A DNA stretch of 64,000 bases from Camelus ferus. Taxonomy: Eukaryota. Below, piece by piece: positions 41,962 to 55,764 of the stretch. Where the stretch lies: contig NC_045696.1 in assembly GCF_009834535.1 (NCBI RefSeq), positions 37,760,001 through 37,824,000 on the forward strand, given 5' to 3'. The notes beneath the pieces were generated by a model. It ran no database searches. It saw nothing but the letters and a program-made list of their open reading frames with translations, and had not been told where the DNA came from. Position numbers and translations under genes: made by a program. Position 1 is the stretch's first letter. Each line of letters begins with the position of its first letter.

Positions 41962-42612
41962 AAAAAATATTCAGTACTGCTATAAACACCGGGGTGCATG
42001 TATCTTTTTGAATTAAGGTTCCCTCTGGATATATACCCAGAAGTGGGATTGCTGGAGCATGTGGTAAATAAATCTATTCATAATGGTACCATTTACAATA
42101 GCCAAGACATAGAAACAACCTAAATGTCCATCAACAGATGACTGGATTAAGAAGTAATAATGCCATTTGCAGCAACATGGATGAACCTGGAGATTGTCAT
42201 TCTAAGTGAAGTAAGCCAGAAAGAAAAAGAAAAATACCATATGATACCACTCATATGTGGAATCTAAAAAAAAAAAAAGAAAAAATAAATTTATTTACAT
42301 AACAGAAACAGACTCACAAATGTAGAAAACAAACTTACAGTTACCAGAGGGGAAGGGTGTGGGATGGGATAAATCAGGAGTTCAAGGTTTTCATATACTA
42401 ACTAATATATATAAAATAAACAACAAGTTCATACTGTATAGCTCAGGGAACTATATTCAACATCTTATGGTAACTTATGGTGAAAAAGAATATGAAAATT
42501 AGTAAGTGTATGTTCATGTATGACTTAACCACTGTACACAAAAACTTGACACAACATTGTAAACAGACTGAACTTCAATAAAAATTTATATATTCTAAAA
42601 AAAGATTCAGTA
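41962..42612 (+). mobile_element. L1 3' end with 5' inversion and TSD
   Basis: Antisense L1 at about 41977-42070, then sense L1 to the tail; TSD aaaaaatattcagta / aaaaaagattcagta. Confidence 0.92.
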
Positions 42613-43689
42613 ACACCTTCCAGCATCATTGAGATAGAAGGAAATCCTCTATAAGTTAAAGAAAACATATTAGCATATCACTATATGAGTTAAGCCATTT
42701 AAATACTTAATAAAATTGATATCTATATAAATATAGCTATCTATATAAATTTAATAAAATTTGCCAAAGGCTAAATTTTTGATTAACAAATTCTATATGC
42801 TTTCCTGAATTTTTCAGTTAATTCAAAAATATTTGAATATATGTGATTTTAGTTAGTTTAATGTTAATATAATTAGGCCAGCACAGAGATATTATATGAA
42901 TTTAAGTTCACATTTTAATTATGTATCTTATGGTATCTTGAGGTATTTCAGGAAACATCAAATTTATAATACCTGATTTATAAAATGCCTAGTTTTTACA
43001 GGTTCTATGCTTTACCATTACTCATAAAATACTATTAATGCATGTGAGAGGGGCATTATCATTACTACTATATTGATTAGACTAGGAAAAAAAGTTTGTT
43101 TTACTTGCCATTATTAATCCAGACATATTGGAGCAATGACACTCAAATATAATTTTTTCCTAAGTATGCCTGCCCCAGAGAAGTGGTGGCAGATATTGGA
43201 AAGTTGAATGCAGTGTGTTTTTTTTTTCCCTGAGTTGATGATTAACTATGTTCAGAGACAATGTTATGATGTACTTTTAACTAGAACCACAGTAGCGTCT
43301 CACAGAGTTCAGACTTGACCTTATCAGGTATCTCTGTGACTAGTTCAAAAATAGAGAAAGCATATCCAACTTGAAGATGATATAAATTATTTAGAGATAA
43401 ATTATCAAGTGATCGTTTGCATCAATATTCAAATGTATACATACATATGCACAAACAACTATTTATATGTATATGTTAAATATATAAACACATACATAAC
43501 TATATCCCTACAAGAAAGTAAAGTGAATAGCCTGGGTCATTATAATGAAGATTAATTTTGACAAATATAAAGTGTTCTAGTCAGTTAAAAATCAGCTGAA
43601 CACCATGCAGAGCATGAAAGAAATCTAAATTAATAGCAGTTCCTATCAAGATCACCTTAAGTTTCAGGTCAGAATATCACAATGACTGC

Positions 43690-44150
43690 AATGGCAAATG
43701 CCTGATTGGACCAAAATTGAAGGAAGCAGAAAATAAAGAATAGAGTAGTTAATGAAGCCACTGTGTTCTCTGACTGTCAGCAACACTTGGAGAGTTATCT
43801 GAAGTTCTAGGAAGCACATTTTGGGCACAGTATTCAGAAATAGTGGCCGATGCAGACAAGTTTGGGTAAAATGTACAAAGAATCTCACAAAATGAGGACT
43901 GCTTAAAGAAGTTTAGTTTAGCCTCAAGAAAACGAAAAATACAGGATCATAAACTTTTCAAATACATGAAAGTTCAACATGGGCTTCAAAAAAATGTATG
44001 TGACTGGAACAAATTAGTGAAAATCAAAGGCAGGTGGATTATAATTGATTATTGAATGCAACTCTACCATTAGCTTAGTCTCCATAAAACAATAAGCTAC
44101 ATCTCCCTCCAAAGGTCCTGCAACTTCCAGAACATGGTAGTAGGTCTCTT
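43690..44150 (+). mobile_element. CR1/L3 ORF2 relic
   Basis: 'gaagttctaggaagcacattttggg' and 'tttagcctcaagaaaacgaaaa...ttcaaatacatgaaag'. Confidence 0.5.
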
Positions 44151-44859
44151 GCAAGTAAAAGCAGAGGATATTTTTCTCACTTGCTTGATACTGACCTATA
44201 GATGGTAGATCTTTGTAACTAACAGAACATTGCATATAGTTACTAATAGTCAATAACTATTGTGTATTACTAATTCTTGAAAGAAGTGTAAGTTTTCAAG
44301 TGTTTATAATGGGTTGATTACTTTTTTAGGCAATGAATCTGAATCTACTTATTTCCTAGGGGAAAAAATTTTCTTAAATTAATTGGAAGCAAGGTGATTT
44401 GATATGTTTCTCAGAGTTCCCATTTTGCTTTCAGCAATATAAAGTTGTTTGGAAAAGCCAAAACAAAAGTTGTTTTTCATATTGGACTAGTATACATTTC
44501 ATATTTTCCATATTTTTGCTTTAGCAAAATATTTATGATTTAAATATATTACACTTCAATAAAGCTGTTTAAAAAAGAAAAATATTAAGTAAATAATCTG
44601 ATAGTCTAGGCACAAATTACATGTTTTTTCTTATAATGAATGAAATGTGACTTTATGATCTTGTAATTCTTTACTTGGGAGAGTATACATTCGTGATATG
44701 GTTGTGTTTATGTGTAATGTTCACTTTGAAATCATAAAATTGCACTGAGTATTTGGTTGATAATAACAAACTATCTGCCTCAGGAATGTTACAACTAGCT
44801 ATTCTGTTTTCTTACGGTACAAAGTCAGTACTATTTGTAAGTAGCTTCCCAATGGAAGA

Positions 44860-45456
44860 GGCTTGTCTCTTTTAAATTCCCTTGGCACTGACAAAGGAGT
44901 GCAGCCAGCAATGAGAAAGTTATCTTCATTTTGTACCTACTTGATAGCCCTAGAAAATGGTGTGCTTATACTGGTCAGAAAATTGAGTAAGATGGGGGCG
45001 GAAGAGTTCCATCAGGTGCAATTCCAACTGCTGCTTTCTAAAATTGTCCTGGAACACACACTGTGTGGAGACATTCTGTGAGATGCCCTTGAGATGAGTT
45101 AAGGCCGTGGGACCCAAGGCCATCATCAGAGCATGTTTGTAGTATGCAGTAAATAATTGCTGACACATGTGTCAATTATATAAGATTTAGAACAAAGAAA
45201 ATAGAAGTACGCATGTGCTGGAGATATTCTGTAAGCCTAATGAACAAAGAAACTCAAAGTGTGCATGTACTGGCAGAGAATAGATAAAAAGTGGGACAGG
45301 TGCATCATAGGCGTGCACCTCCCTGTGGCAATAAAGTGTTGCTAACCCCATGGTGTCTCCGGCTGAAGTCTGTCCGGCGGTATGGCAACTCCTTGTGCAT
45401 TTTTTCGTTTGGGCTGCTCACCCCCTAGAACCCCACGTCAGCCTTCCTCACCTGAC
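44860..45456 (+). mobile_element. ERVL-class solo LTR (MER74/MER54-like)
   Basis: GC-richer block with 'gataaaaagtggg', AATAAA near 45330, ends 'cctgaca'; 5' boundary uncertain. Confidence 0.55.
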
Positions 45457-46344
45457 AGATTCTTTTTGCTTTGTTTGTAATCCTTCTATCTAACATGAGA
45501 AGCATGCACACACACACAAAAAAAATGAAGCATGGAATTTTTAAAGAAAATCTCTAACATAATATTGTTAATATATTTTCTTCTTGGGAAGAGTCAAGTA
45601 ATTGTCATAAAACTATGGTTAGGTTTATACAAGCTTTTGGTTAGTGTGACTAAGAGATGAGTCATATTGGTTAACAGGGTCTTAAAGAAATCTGCTTTGA
45701 TTTTTACCCAAAAGAAATGTAAAATACTTGACCCCACATCTTATATTAATCTACATAGTCAGCGAAGGAAATAATCCAATGAATAACAAACCTGTGGTTC
45801 TGATGTAACAGCCTTGAGGTAGAAAGACCAAGGAAGAGTAGTCCTCCATTTGATTAGAAATAACCCTGGACAGGCGGCAGAGCCCTTACAAGCAGATTAA
45901 TAACAGAGGAGTTACGGGGCGCTGTATTCCTTTTGTTAGATGATGCTGTGAGACTCAAATCAACTCTAATATTTTTTCCTGTAAAATTAAGCCAAATAAT
46001 AAAAAAACAGGTATGTAGTATTGCTAAGTTGTAACCTAAGAAGATCATTAACTAACTCTGTCACAAGAACTGTTTGAGTTTCATTAACTATCATTCTTAA
46101 TTTTTCCAATGCATTATTATAAACAAAGTGCTGGAATTTACATTTAGCCCTCTGGAATGTTATCTTATGATTTGAGTTTATCCTCCCACCTGTTTGAGAA
46201 CAGTTTTGGGTTGCCATGGTTTTGTTTTTCTTTGCTTTATTTTTCTCTTTTACTTATACCATCATACAGTGTTTGTACCTATCCCAGATTCATCTCTTCT
46301 TCGCCATCTGTGTATCTTATTGCCCTATAGCATATGTCTTTGTG

Positions 46345-46490
46345 CAAGTCATTAATATAAATATTGAACAAGACCATCCCAGGACATATGCTTAGAGATT
46401 TTCATCATAATAGACATCAAATTCAAACATCTAAACTATGGATACTGTTGCTTAACAAGATACGAAGCCATGAAATCACATTATCACGTA
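46345..46490 (-). mobile_element. CR1/L3 relic
   Basis: 'aagtcattaatataaatattgaacaagaccatcccaggaca'. Confidence 0.5.
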
Positions 46491-46704
46491 ACGCGTAGTT
46501 CTTTATCTGTTTCACACTCACACACACATACACCACCAACACTACCACTGGCACCACTACTGCCAAAAAGTGTAAAAAGTAAAACTAGCTCTTGTAGTGA
46601 AAGTTGTGCATTTCCAAGAGTACTATCTCTATTACAAGATCAAAAGAGACTATTTGAAACTCAACATGAAGAATTTGTCTTTGTTCTTACATAAATTTTC
46701 TCAC

Positions 46705-47730
46705 CTTGAGGCTAGTGAGTGAGGAGAGAATTCACTGCTGTATGATGTGTGGAGGGAGACCAATCAGCAAAAAATAATAATTGGACAAAGAAACCACCAT
46801 TATTATCTTAAAATATTACTTATTGTATCTGCATAGTCAGATCACAGGAAATAAAAAGGTTGGTTGTAAAAGATGACACTGACGGATTAGTCCTGGGCTG
46901 TGTCACGAAGTACCTTGTGAGTTAATATAAAGCATTCCAGGTTTCCCATCAGCATTGTTTGAAACTTTGTATTTTAGGTAAAGCAATGAGATTTTATTAG
47001 AAAGGCACTATTCTCTCTCCCACATAAAGGATATAATTACAGGAGAATAAGGAACAACTATGATGCTCAATAATTTCTATTATAAAAACTGTAAAACAAT
47101 GATCCTCAGTAATTCAAGTACAGGAAGATTATGATTCATACTAGTTAGAGTCTGTGGAAATAGGAAAGGTAATAAAATCAGAGATTTATTTAGAGGGTAG
47201 ACTAGGTAGGAATTAGTGATTGATTGGGTACGGATAGAGATGTAAAGGAAAGGGGTCAAAGATGATGAAGATTTTAGAGCTTGATAAGTGAAGAAATGAT
47301 AATATCATTTGCTAAGCTAGGCAACATTGAGAGGATAGAAATATTACAGGATGAGCTAAGGAGTTTAAAACTGATTATGTTGATTTGAAATGCCTGTAAT
47401 ACAATGACATAAAATAAACATTTTAAGTATTTAATTACATTGTTCTAGAATTCCAAAGAAAGGTCAATGATGGAGTGAGAGTCATTAGGATATAAGTGGC
47501 AGTTTTAATGAGCTGTCCTAAGGACACTGTGTGGAAAGAGAAGACAGTGAGTATGAAAATAACAAAGCTAGAGAAAGAGAAATTTAAATATTGGTACTAG
47601 AAGTTGTTTCAGGTGAAAAGAAACTAAATAATGGGATATGTGGAATTTAGATATTTGATTTGCTTTTTAACAGCATTAATGACCATATTTTCATTGGAAA
47701 CGGGACATTGGTAATCCACAGAATGAGGCA
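46705..47730 (+). mobile_element. L2 fragment
   Basis: 'gagatttatttagagggtagactaggtaggaattagtgattgattggg' and 'tgttgatttgaaatgcctgt'. Confidence 0.7.
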
Positions 47731-47941
47731 GGAAAGAAGTTACTCAAATTATTGCCTATAGTCCTATGTAACCAAATGCACGTAGAAGGCAAGGCACTGG
47801 GTGACCATGTGCTTTCTGCTATAGAATAATTTAGTAAAATTAGTGAGTAAAATGGAGTCATTTAGAGATCTTTAAGTGTGCTAAAGAATCCAGGCAAAAA
47901 AATGAGTTCACTGCTTTAAAGTACAAGCTCAAAATTTGTGT

Positions 47942-48625
47942 AAGAAACCTAAAAGCTTCTATTTTTAGTTTTTTGCTACATGATTCCAGCAATTCGACTC
48001 CTGGATATATACCTGAAAGAAACAAAACACTAATTTGGAAAGATACATGCACCCCAATATTCATAAAGCATTAGCAGTTGCTTTATTGCCAAGATATGGA
48101 AGCAACCTAAGTGTCCATCAATTGCTGAATGGATAAAAAAGAGGTAGTATACACACACAATGGAATACTACTCAGCCATAGAAATGGATAAAATTCAGCC
48201 ATTTGCAACAGGGATGAACCATATAGTCATTATGCATAGTGACATAAGTCAGACAGAGAAAGACAAATACTGTATGTCATCACATATTTGGAGTCTAAAA
48301 ACAAACAAACAAACAAATGAATATAACAAAACAGAAACAGACTGATGGATTCAGAGACCAAACTACTAGTTACCAGTGGGAAGAGAGAAGGGCAGAGGGG
48401 CAATATAGGGGTAGGGAATTAAGAGGTTCAAAAAGTAATTTATATAAAATAAACTGCAGGGATATATTGTACAGCACAGAGAAATATAGTCATTATTTTA
48501 TAATAACTTTAAATGGAGTGTAATCTACAAAAATATTGAATTACTGTGTTGTACAACTGAAACTAGTATAATATTGTAAACCAAATATACTTCAGCAAAA
48601 AAATAAAAAACCTAAAAGTGTCTAT
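47942..48625 (+). mobile_element. L1 3' end with micro 5' inversion and TSD
   Basis: 3' UTR of the same type as 28885-31570; TSD aagaaacctaaaagcttctat / aaaaaacctaaaagtgtctat. Confidence 0.9.
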
Positions 48626-48789
48626 GACTTACCATTTTTAAAAAATGAATTAAACAACAACAAAAGTACAACAATAACAAACCCTTATCTTGCTGAAGTT
48701 CAAGGATGTGATTTCTGAAAACCAAGTCTGCTGTCTATTCATGTTGTTGTAAAGCAAATTTGATACCTATTTTCACAGGGTCTTTTACT

Positions 48790-49400
48790 TTAAAAGTTAA
48801 AACATTGGAAAGGAGTGAGACACTAAAAACTCGGGTGGGATTATACGTGCTACATCAGATGACATTGGAGACAAGGAAACCCCAAGCTTTCCTACTAGAA
48901 ACATCTCTTCCTTCCCTGTTTGAAGAGGTTAGTTTCCCTTTGCCTGTAGAATCTGTAGTGGCCTCTACTGAAGTAGCTGCCTTGCAAGGAACAACTGAAT
49001 CTAGTAAGAACATAACCATATCATATTTCATTGCATCTAGATCTATAACCAGACTCAAGTCTCAACTGTCGACTTAGGGTAAATTACAAAATGTGACTTG
49101 TGAGAAGGTGTAGTGCATGCCAAGACAATTGCATTATATTTAGAGAAACATAGGGAACGTATGTAAGAATGGATCCTAAGGGTCAATAATTAGAGTAGAA
49201 GAAAGAGAAAAGTGTAGTTGCCCTATGACAAACACAGTGAAATGACAGAACATTTCTGGCATATTTTTAGAGAGATGAACCCAATATCTTAGACAAGTTG
49301 GAATGCTAGAGTTATTTATTATGTAAGATCTGCTTACAGCCTAAACTTCCCTAGAAACTATTCATAAAACTCTCCATTCCTGAAGGAAAATCCACTAGGA
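48790..49400 (+). mobile_element. ERVL internal gag remnant
   Basis: Translation 'PSLFEEVSFPLPVESVVASTEVAALQG...FIASRSITRLKSQ' resembles ERV-L Gag 'FASRPITRLKSQ'; downstream 'gaatggatcctaaggg' (EWILR) is cut off by stops. Confidence 0.75.
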
Positions 49401-52400
49401 GAGGAGTGCCAGCATCCAAGATGAGCTTCACTGTGATCAAATAAACTTCCAACATCAAACTCAGCTTCCAGAATGCAATGGGCATGATGCAGCCCTGAGC
49501 GTTCTTCATCCACTAGATCTTCAGTCTTCATGTTTGTTGCCTTGGAAGCTCTCCGACGCATTTTAATAGATAACATTTTAAATAAGTTTATACATGATGC
49601 ATACTTGCTCTTACTGGGGGCTTTAGTCTGCTACAAGATACTTACTATAGACATAAGGGAATAATTTGTTTAATTTTAATTTACACTTTTATATTTCACA
49701 TCATTTTCAGTCATATCTGATATTCAAGAGAAGAAGCAAGTCAGTGCAGCATTAGATTTCTCATCTGCACCTAAAATTTGTTTTAACATAGAAATCCATT
49801 TTTATCTTATTTATTACATGCACCTTAAATTTTATAGCTTGTTTTTATTTTTCCTCTAATTAATTTCTAGCGTTTTCATTTTCTACTTTCCATTGCCATT
49901 TTAATAAATTGGATAGATACCATCAATGAGAACTGTCAATTAATATTTCCCCTCATATATTTTTGGGATTTTTTTAATGTATCAAAGTTACAGATATTAA
50001 GAAGTAATATTCACTGTCCAAGTTTTACAATAAACTGGTTAAACTTGGACTGGTTGGTCAATATCCATGCAAATTAACTTATTCCTATCACACTTACAAA
50101 TGTTTTAAGTTACCATGCTTCACTTCTAGTTAATTATTCAAATTTTAATCTTTGATTAAATTCAAATTTCAAAGCACTCATCAGGGCATTGTAAAAATAA
50201 TCTTTGAAAACAATAAAAATAATTGTTTTGTTTTCTTTTAATCTTTGAACATTTTTGTTCTATCTGCAGGTAGAGAAAAAGCTTTTCTTTAAATGTGTAG
50301 AGAAAAATGTACGTAGCAGGGCATTGTATTATTGTAATGGAGAATTGGTGTTGCAAATTTTGACAAGCTGGCATATTCTTTCCCAGGCTTTCAAAAGTTC
50401 TACCACCACACCAATTCTCCTGACTCAGGGGCTTGGTATCAGTCCTTGATTGTGTTTTGATGTTTTTGCAAATCAACAATTGAGTTCAAATTTAAGCAGT
50501 CAAAACAGACATTTGTCATTGTGTTTGCATCCGATTTCCTAAGGCACCCTGCCCACTTAATCATGCAAGTAGGGGAATTGCTGGCAAAGCAAGAGGGACC
50601 AAGGCAAGCTGCTGTGACCTAGCAAGAATCATGTCATATGTAATTACCATAATTTATAAGGATCACTCTAGGCTCACTGGTGTTGTTGCTGCACACCAAT
50701 TGGGCTGTGCTAGAATGTTTAAGTAAATATTTGCACGCAACCTGAAGCTGTTGAGAATTTCCACTTCAGCTAGAGCCCCCTTCTTATGAAATATTCAGTA
50801 CATGAAATGTCTCCAGTGGTGCAGAGTGGTGGGTTTTCTCTCTGATTTGATTAGCAGTGATGATTCTTTCATGAGCTGTGAATGTCCTTCTGGATTAACA
50901 TCATCCAGGTTCTTTGGTCTTGTCACGAAAGAAGAGGACTGGGGGGACTGGTGCTTATGAACATTTTTAAAGCATGACTTTAACAATCTATGAAGTGTTT
51001 CAAAATAAGATTTTAAAGATTATTCAAATAAGTTCAATTATAGTCCATTCTAATCAGTAATAAATTATTCAGATCTAAAACCTAATGGTGTATTAGAAGC
51101 ACAAAGAAACTCAAGACTTAGAAATGATATAAATTAGGCATCGGTGTAATTTCATTTAACGGATGGATAGTCATTAAACGTTACACAATTCTAAAAAAAG
51201 ATACATTTTTATTTCATCAAGGTTTGTGGGTTGTGGTGATTTGTTCTTGCTATTGAAGTATTACATCCAAAATAATCCTTAAATTAAAAAGAACTAATCT
51301 GTTAATTGAAAACACATGTATTTGAAACAAAATGTCTAGAATCAGTATAAGATAAAGATATTTTTATCACCCACAAGAAACCATTAAATCCTATTTTTGT
51401 GTGTATGTGTGTATGCACATATAAACTATATAAATATTTTTATATATACATTCTGCATAAATATAAATGTTTATTCTATAGAAACATGTTCTTTACACAT
51501 GTCAAACACATACATAAATTTACTTTCAATGTAGAAAATATAAGTATATGAAGCACAAATGTGCAAAATAGTTTTATAGTCCAATTATTTGTGTCCCACT
51601 TAACCACAAATAAAGAAAATATCATTTCTTTAGTTAATGAGAGAAGATTCTCACTAAATTTAGGAGATGTGGTAAGTCCTTTTATTTTTTGACTATTTGA
51701 TTCAATCTATATTTTATGCATCTTTATTTATAAAGTAAAAATTACCAAACTTAGGAGTTTTTATGAAATTTAAAAATCCATTGTTTAAATGATTTGTTTA
51801 CATGATTCCAAATCATTTATTAAACAAATTCCTCTTAGCTGAATAAATGTTTCCCTTAGCAAACATACCAATTGCATATAAGACAGTGTACTAAGGTACT
51901 AAATGCATTTAAATATTTTTTATACTTGTAAAGCATATAGTTACTGCAATTACATTCTAATTTCTAAGGGTTTTGAAAATAACTTCTTTTGCTCTATCTT
52001 GTATAAATTTAGAAATGTAATTTAGATTTTTATAATATCATTTACTTAAAATACATCATCTTTCTAAAGTCTCTTTTATACAATTTGTTATGAGTAATTT
52101 CCAAAATTTAGCTATAAAGCCTTGTGCAATACTGATTTATATTAATTTAGTATGTGCTTTGTGAACACATTTTCATATTTTTAATATGTTAATTTTAGGT
52201 TATCTCTGTATAGGCTCAGACATCCTCCATATGAAGACAATTCTAAAGACCTGCTTTAACTGATACTAAGTGGGTAATCATTAACTGCTTGGAGATCATT
52301 CTGGAAACACTGTTAACAGAGTTTTTAAAACAATGTAGTCATTTAGATAATGTTTAAGAAACTTGAAGCTTAGTAACTTTGAAACACAGGTAATCATATT

Positions 52401-52658
52401 TGTAGTAACTTCATTAATTGAAACATTTTTGTCTCTTTGAAAAAAATAATTTTCACCTAAATAATATTTTTTTAAGTAACAAAGTGCATTTTATAAGGTC
52501 AAGACTATGTTGGATACTTGCTTAGGATCATGAATGCTACCTTGGAAAAACTATGAAGAATAGTCATGGCTCATAAGCAAAGATGATACATGGATTATTC
52601 AAATTTTCATGTTTTTAAAATAAATATTTCAATTTGATTAGGTCACAGTATATATGTA

Positions 52659-53261
52659 AGTATCGGTTTTCTATTCCTGGTATAGCAAATTACCGCAAAC
52701 TTAGTTTTAAAACAAGATAAATTTATTATCTCACAATACTGTAGGGAAACCTAGCTAGTTTATCTGCACTGGGTCTCACTAGCTGAAATCAAAGTAACAG
52801 TTGCCAGGGCTCTTTACAGAAGGCTCTGAGAGAGAATCCACTTCCAGGTCCGTTAAATTTTTGGCAGAATTCAATTCCAGGCAATCATAGGACTGAGGTT
52901 CCTTTTCTGGCTGGGGATCATGGTCACCTACTACTGGCCTCCCATATTACCTGGCCTATGGACCTATTCATCTTCAAAACCAGCAATGGTAAGCCAAGTC
53001 TTTCTCACACTCTAAATCTCCCTTAAGATTTCCTCTCTCTGTCTCCTTTACCATGCCCGTAGCCTGAGAAAATTCCCTGATTTAAAGGGCTCATGGGATT
53101 TGATTGTGTCTATCTGGATAATCTAAGATAAAGTCACTATTTTAAGGTTCATAACATTATTTACACATCTGCAAAGGCCCTTTCATCATGTAGCATAAAA
53201 TATTCACAGATTACAGAAATGAAGACACAGTACATTTTGGGAGGCCATTCTTCCTGCCATA
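52659..53261 (-). mobile_element. MaLR solo LTR (MLT1D-like)
   Basis: 'ttttctattcctggtatagcaaattaccgcaaactta...aaagggctcatgggatttgatt...gccattcttcctgccata'. Confidence 0.75.
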
Positions 53262-53289
53262 GTAAAAGAGTATAAAAATATATATTACA

Positions 53290-53503
53290 CATGTGCTTGT
53301 AGCAATTTCTTGGTAATACTGAAAAATTAACTCTCCTAATAGAAGAAAAAAATCTGATTTGTGGTATTTGCCTATTTCTGGGATGTAAATAATCCTAATA
53401 AGGCAGATTTCCGGCCACTGGTATGGATTCCAACAGCTCACAGAATTCTGAAACTTTATCCAGCTCTTATGAACTGTTATCAGTCATCTCCAACACAGTA
53501 CTT
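53290..53503. mobile_element. hAT DNA transposon relic (MER63-like)
   Basis: 'ctgatttgtggtatttgcctatttctgggatgtaaataatcc...cagctcttatgaactg...ctccaacacagtact'. Confidence 0.55.
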
Positions 53504-55764
53504 TGTGTTTGTAGAATTTATCAAACAAAATTCTGGTCTAATATAACAAAATGAAGATTGTAGTAAAATGGTGATGTGTGTTCATTACACATATATGTCA
53601 AAATGCACTCAGATAAAAAGAGAATACATTTTCTTATATTTATCTTTTTAATGTTAGTACAAATATGTATTCTAGCTAAAAAGAATTGAAGATCATAATA
53701 TGATATGTTTATTTCTAGCTAATCTGTGGCTAAAGAGACTACCTCTACTTTATATAATGATTATGATGTCTTTATTATAGATTATGAATAATTATTCAAT
53801 GCCATTAGAGGTGCAGGTAGGAACTGAGGAATAATTATTCATATAGCATATATTTTATTTTAAAAATATTCACATTTATGATTAAAAATATACAACAAAC
53901 AGTAATATTCTAGATCTGTTTGTTTTTAAAATTTAACATTTCAGGGTATTTGATAATCAATTACCTAAAAGATCAGTGAGTGAGCTCTTAATTGAATATA
54001 GGTAATATCTGAATGAGAAGTACAAAGTTTTCCTTACCTACTGTCTAATAAATTTGCTTGTAAAGAAGGGTCTGATTCAAGTTGTGGCAAAAATTGACAA
54101 GAGTGGTTCTAAATGCTTTAGAGTCAGCTTTCCTATCCCACATGTGCTATGAAAGTTATATTAGTATTTTCGTTAAAATATAGCAGGCTGTAAAAATAGA
54201 GCTAGTCCAGGATCTGTTGCATTTTTATTGTTGTCTGTTTTACTTCTAGTTATTAGTAAAATTAATAGGTTACAAAATTTATATTTATTCAAGATTTTCA
54301 AATTTCTAATGAAATATGTACAATGTACTGAAATAAGCACTGAACAGTAATTCAAACATATGTATTTTATTGATAAAGGGACAAAACTTTACTTTGCTTA
54401 CATAGCTGTCTTTTATTTTAAAACTCCTTCTGTGGAAGATTTGGTGACTAGAATGGTTACTTCTTCTCAGTAGATTAAAGGATATTTTCAAGTTAATTCC
54501 ATACCAAACATTTTTAGTTGTATTGCCATTGTTTTGTTGTGTTGATTTTCTCTCTAATGAGAACATAACTATTAACAGTAATGTGGAATAACTCAACAGA
54601 CCACACTTGACTGCAATCATGAACTTATTATTCCCTCAAAGTATTTTTGTGCAAATGATCTAAATAAAAGTTTCAAAGAATGTAATTTTTTGCCAAATTG
54701 ATTTGGTTTCTGATAAATGGCTGTTTTGTCATTCTACAGTCATCAACAATAAGAATATTATGAAAGACAAAATCGACATTTGTACATGTGGCAAATTCTA
54801 CATGTATACATAGTGAAAAATTAAGCTTTGGGGATCATTTTTCTTTAAGTATTACAATTAATATGTCTAAGTGTAATCAGTCAAATTCTCCTACCGTATG
54901 ATTTCCTACCAGACAGAGAAGCACTCTGATAATTTGTGATGGCACATTAGCCTGTGGAGCTAATGCAGCATCCCTGTGTGCTTAGCTCACTCCCAGGGAG
55001 TAATTTTGGCCCTAGGAGATTTGTTTCACTATATCCTAAAATGAATTAAGTGACACTTTCAAATTATTTCTTTTATCTTAACCATTTCCATGACTGCTAT
55101 TGCAGATATATCCTTAGGAGTGAAAATACCTCTTCTTTTTCATGATGACTTGAAATTTTTACATTTATTAAAACAGTTCTATTAAGTTTCCATTGTCAGA
55201 TCCACAGTTTCCTAATTACACGTCTTTGATCCTCTAGATTTCTTCACAAGCTTTCCTCTGGCGCTTTGCTTTTTTCCCCATCTGCTGGGCACCAGCATTG
55301 GCTGCTCAGCACAGGATCACCTGAGGGAATGGCTGGCAAAGACAGAAGCAGTGGAGTACAACATCTATTAGGGAAACAAACAGACCAGCAAATCCCATAG
55401 CAGTGCCAAGGAATTTTATTAGAAAAAGGTCTATGGCTTCCACTTTACTCCAGCCTTTCCCCACAAGATGCCCTTAGATGAAATTCAAAATGATTTTTAT
55501 AAGACACATTAGAAATTATTCAAATAAATTAATATACAATATAGTTGCATCCCACTACTATCTTGACAGGAAGCATTTAAAAATTTCAAAATTTTCTGAT
55601 GGAATAGAAGCAGTTTAAATGTGACTCAGACTTTTACATACTGACCATGACTAGTTTTGTCCCTTGCAGCACACCCATGAAAGAAACATTAGGTTTCAGA
55701 CATGAAATAGAGAAGAGTCATGGATAAAAAGGGGGTTTTACATTTGTAAAGGCAAATTAGGAAT

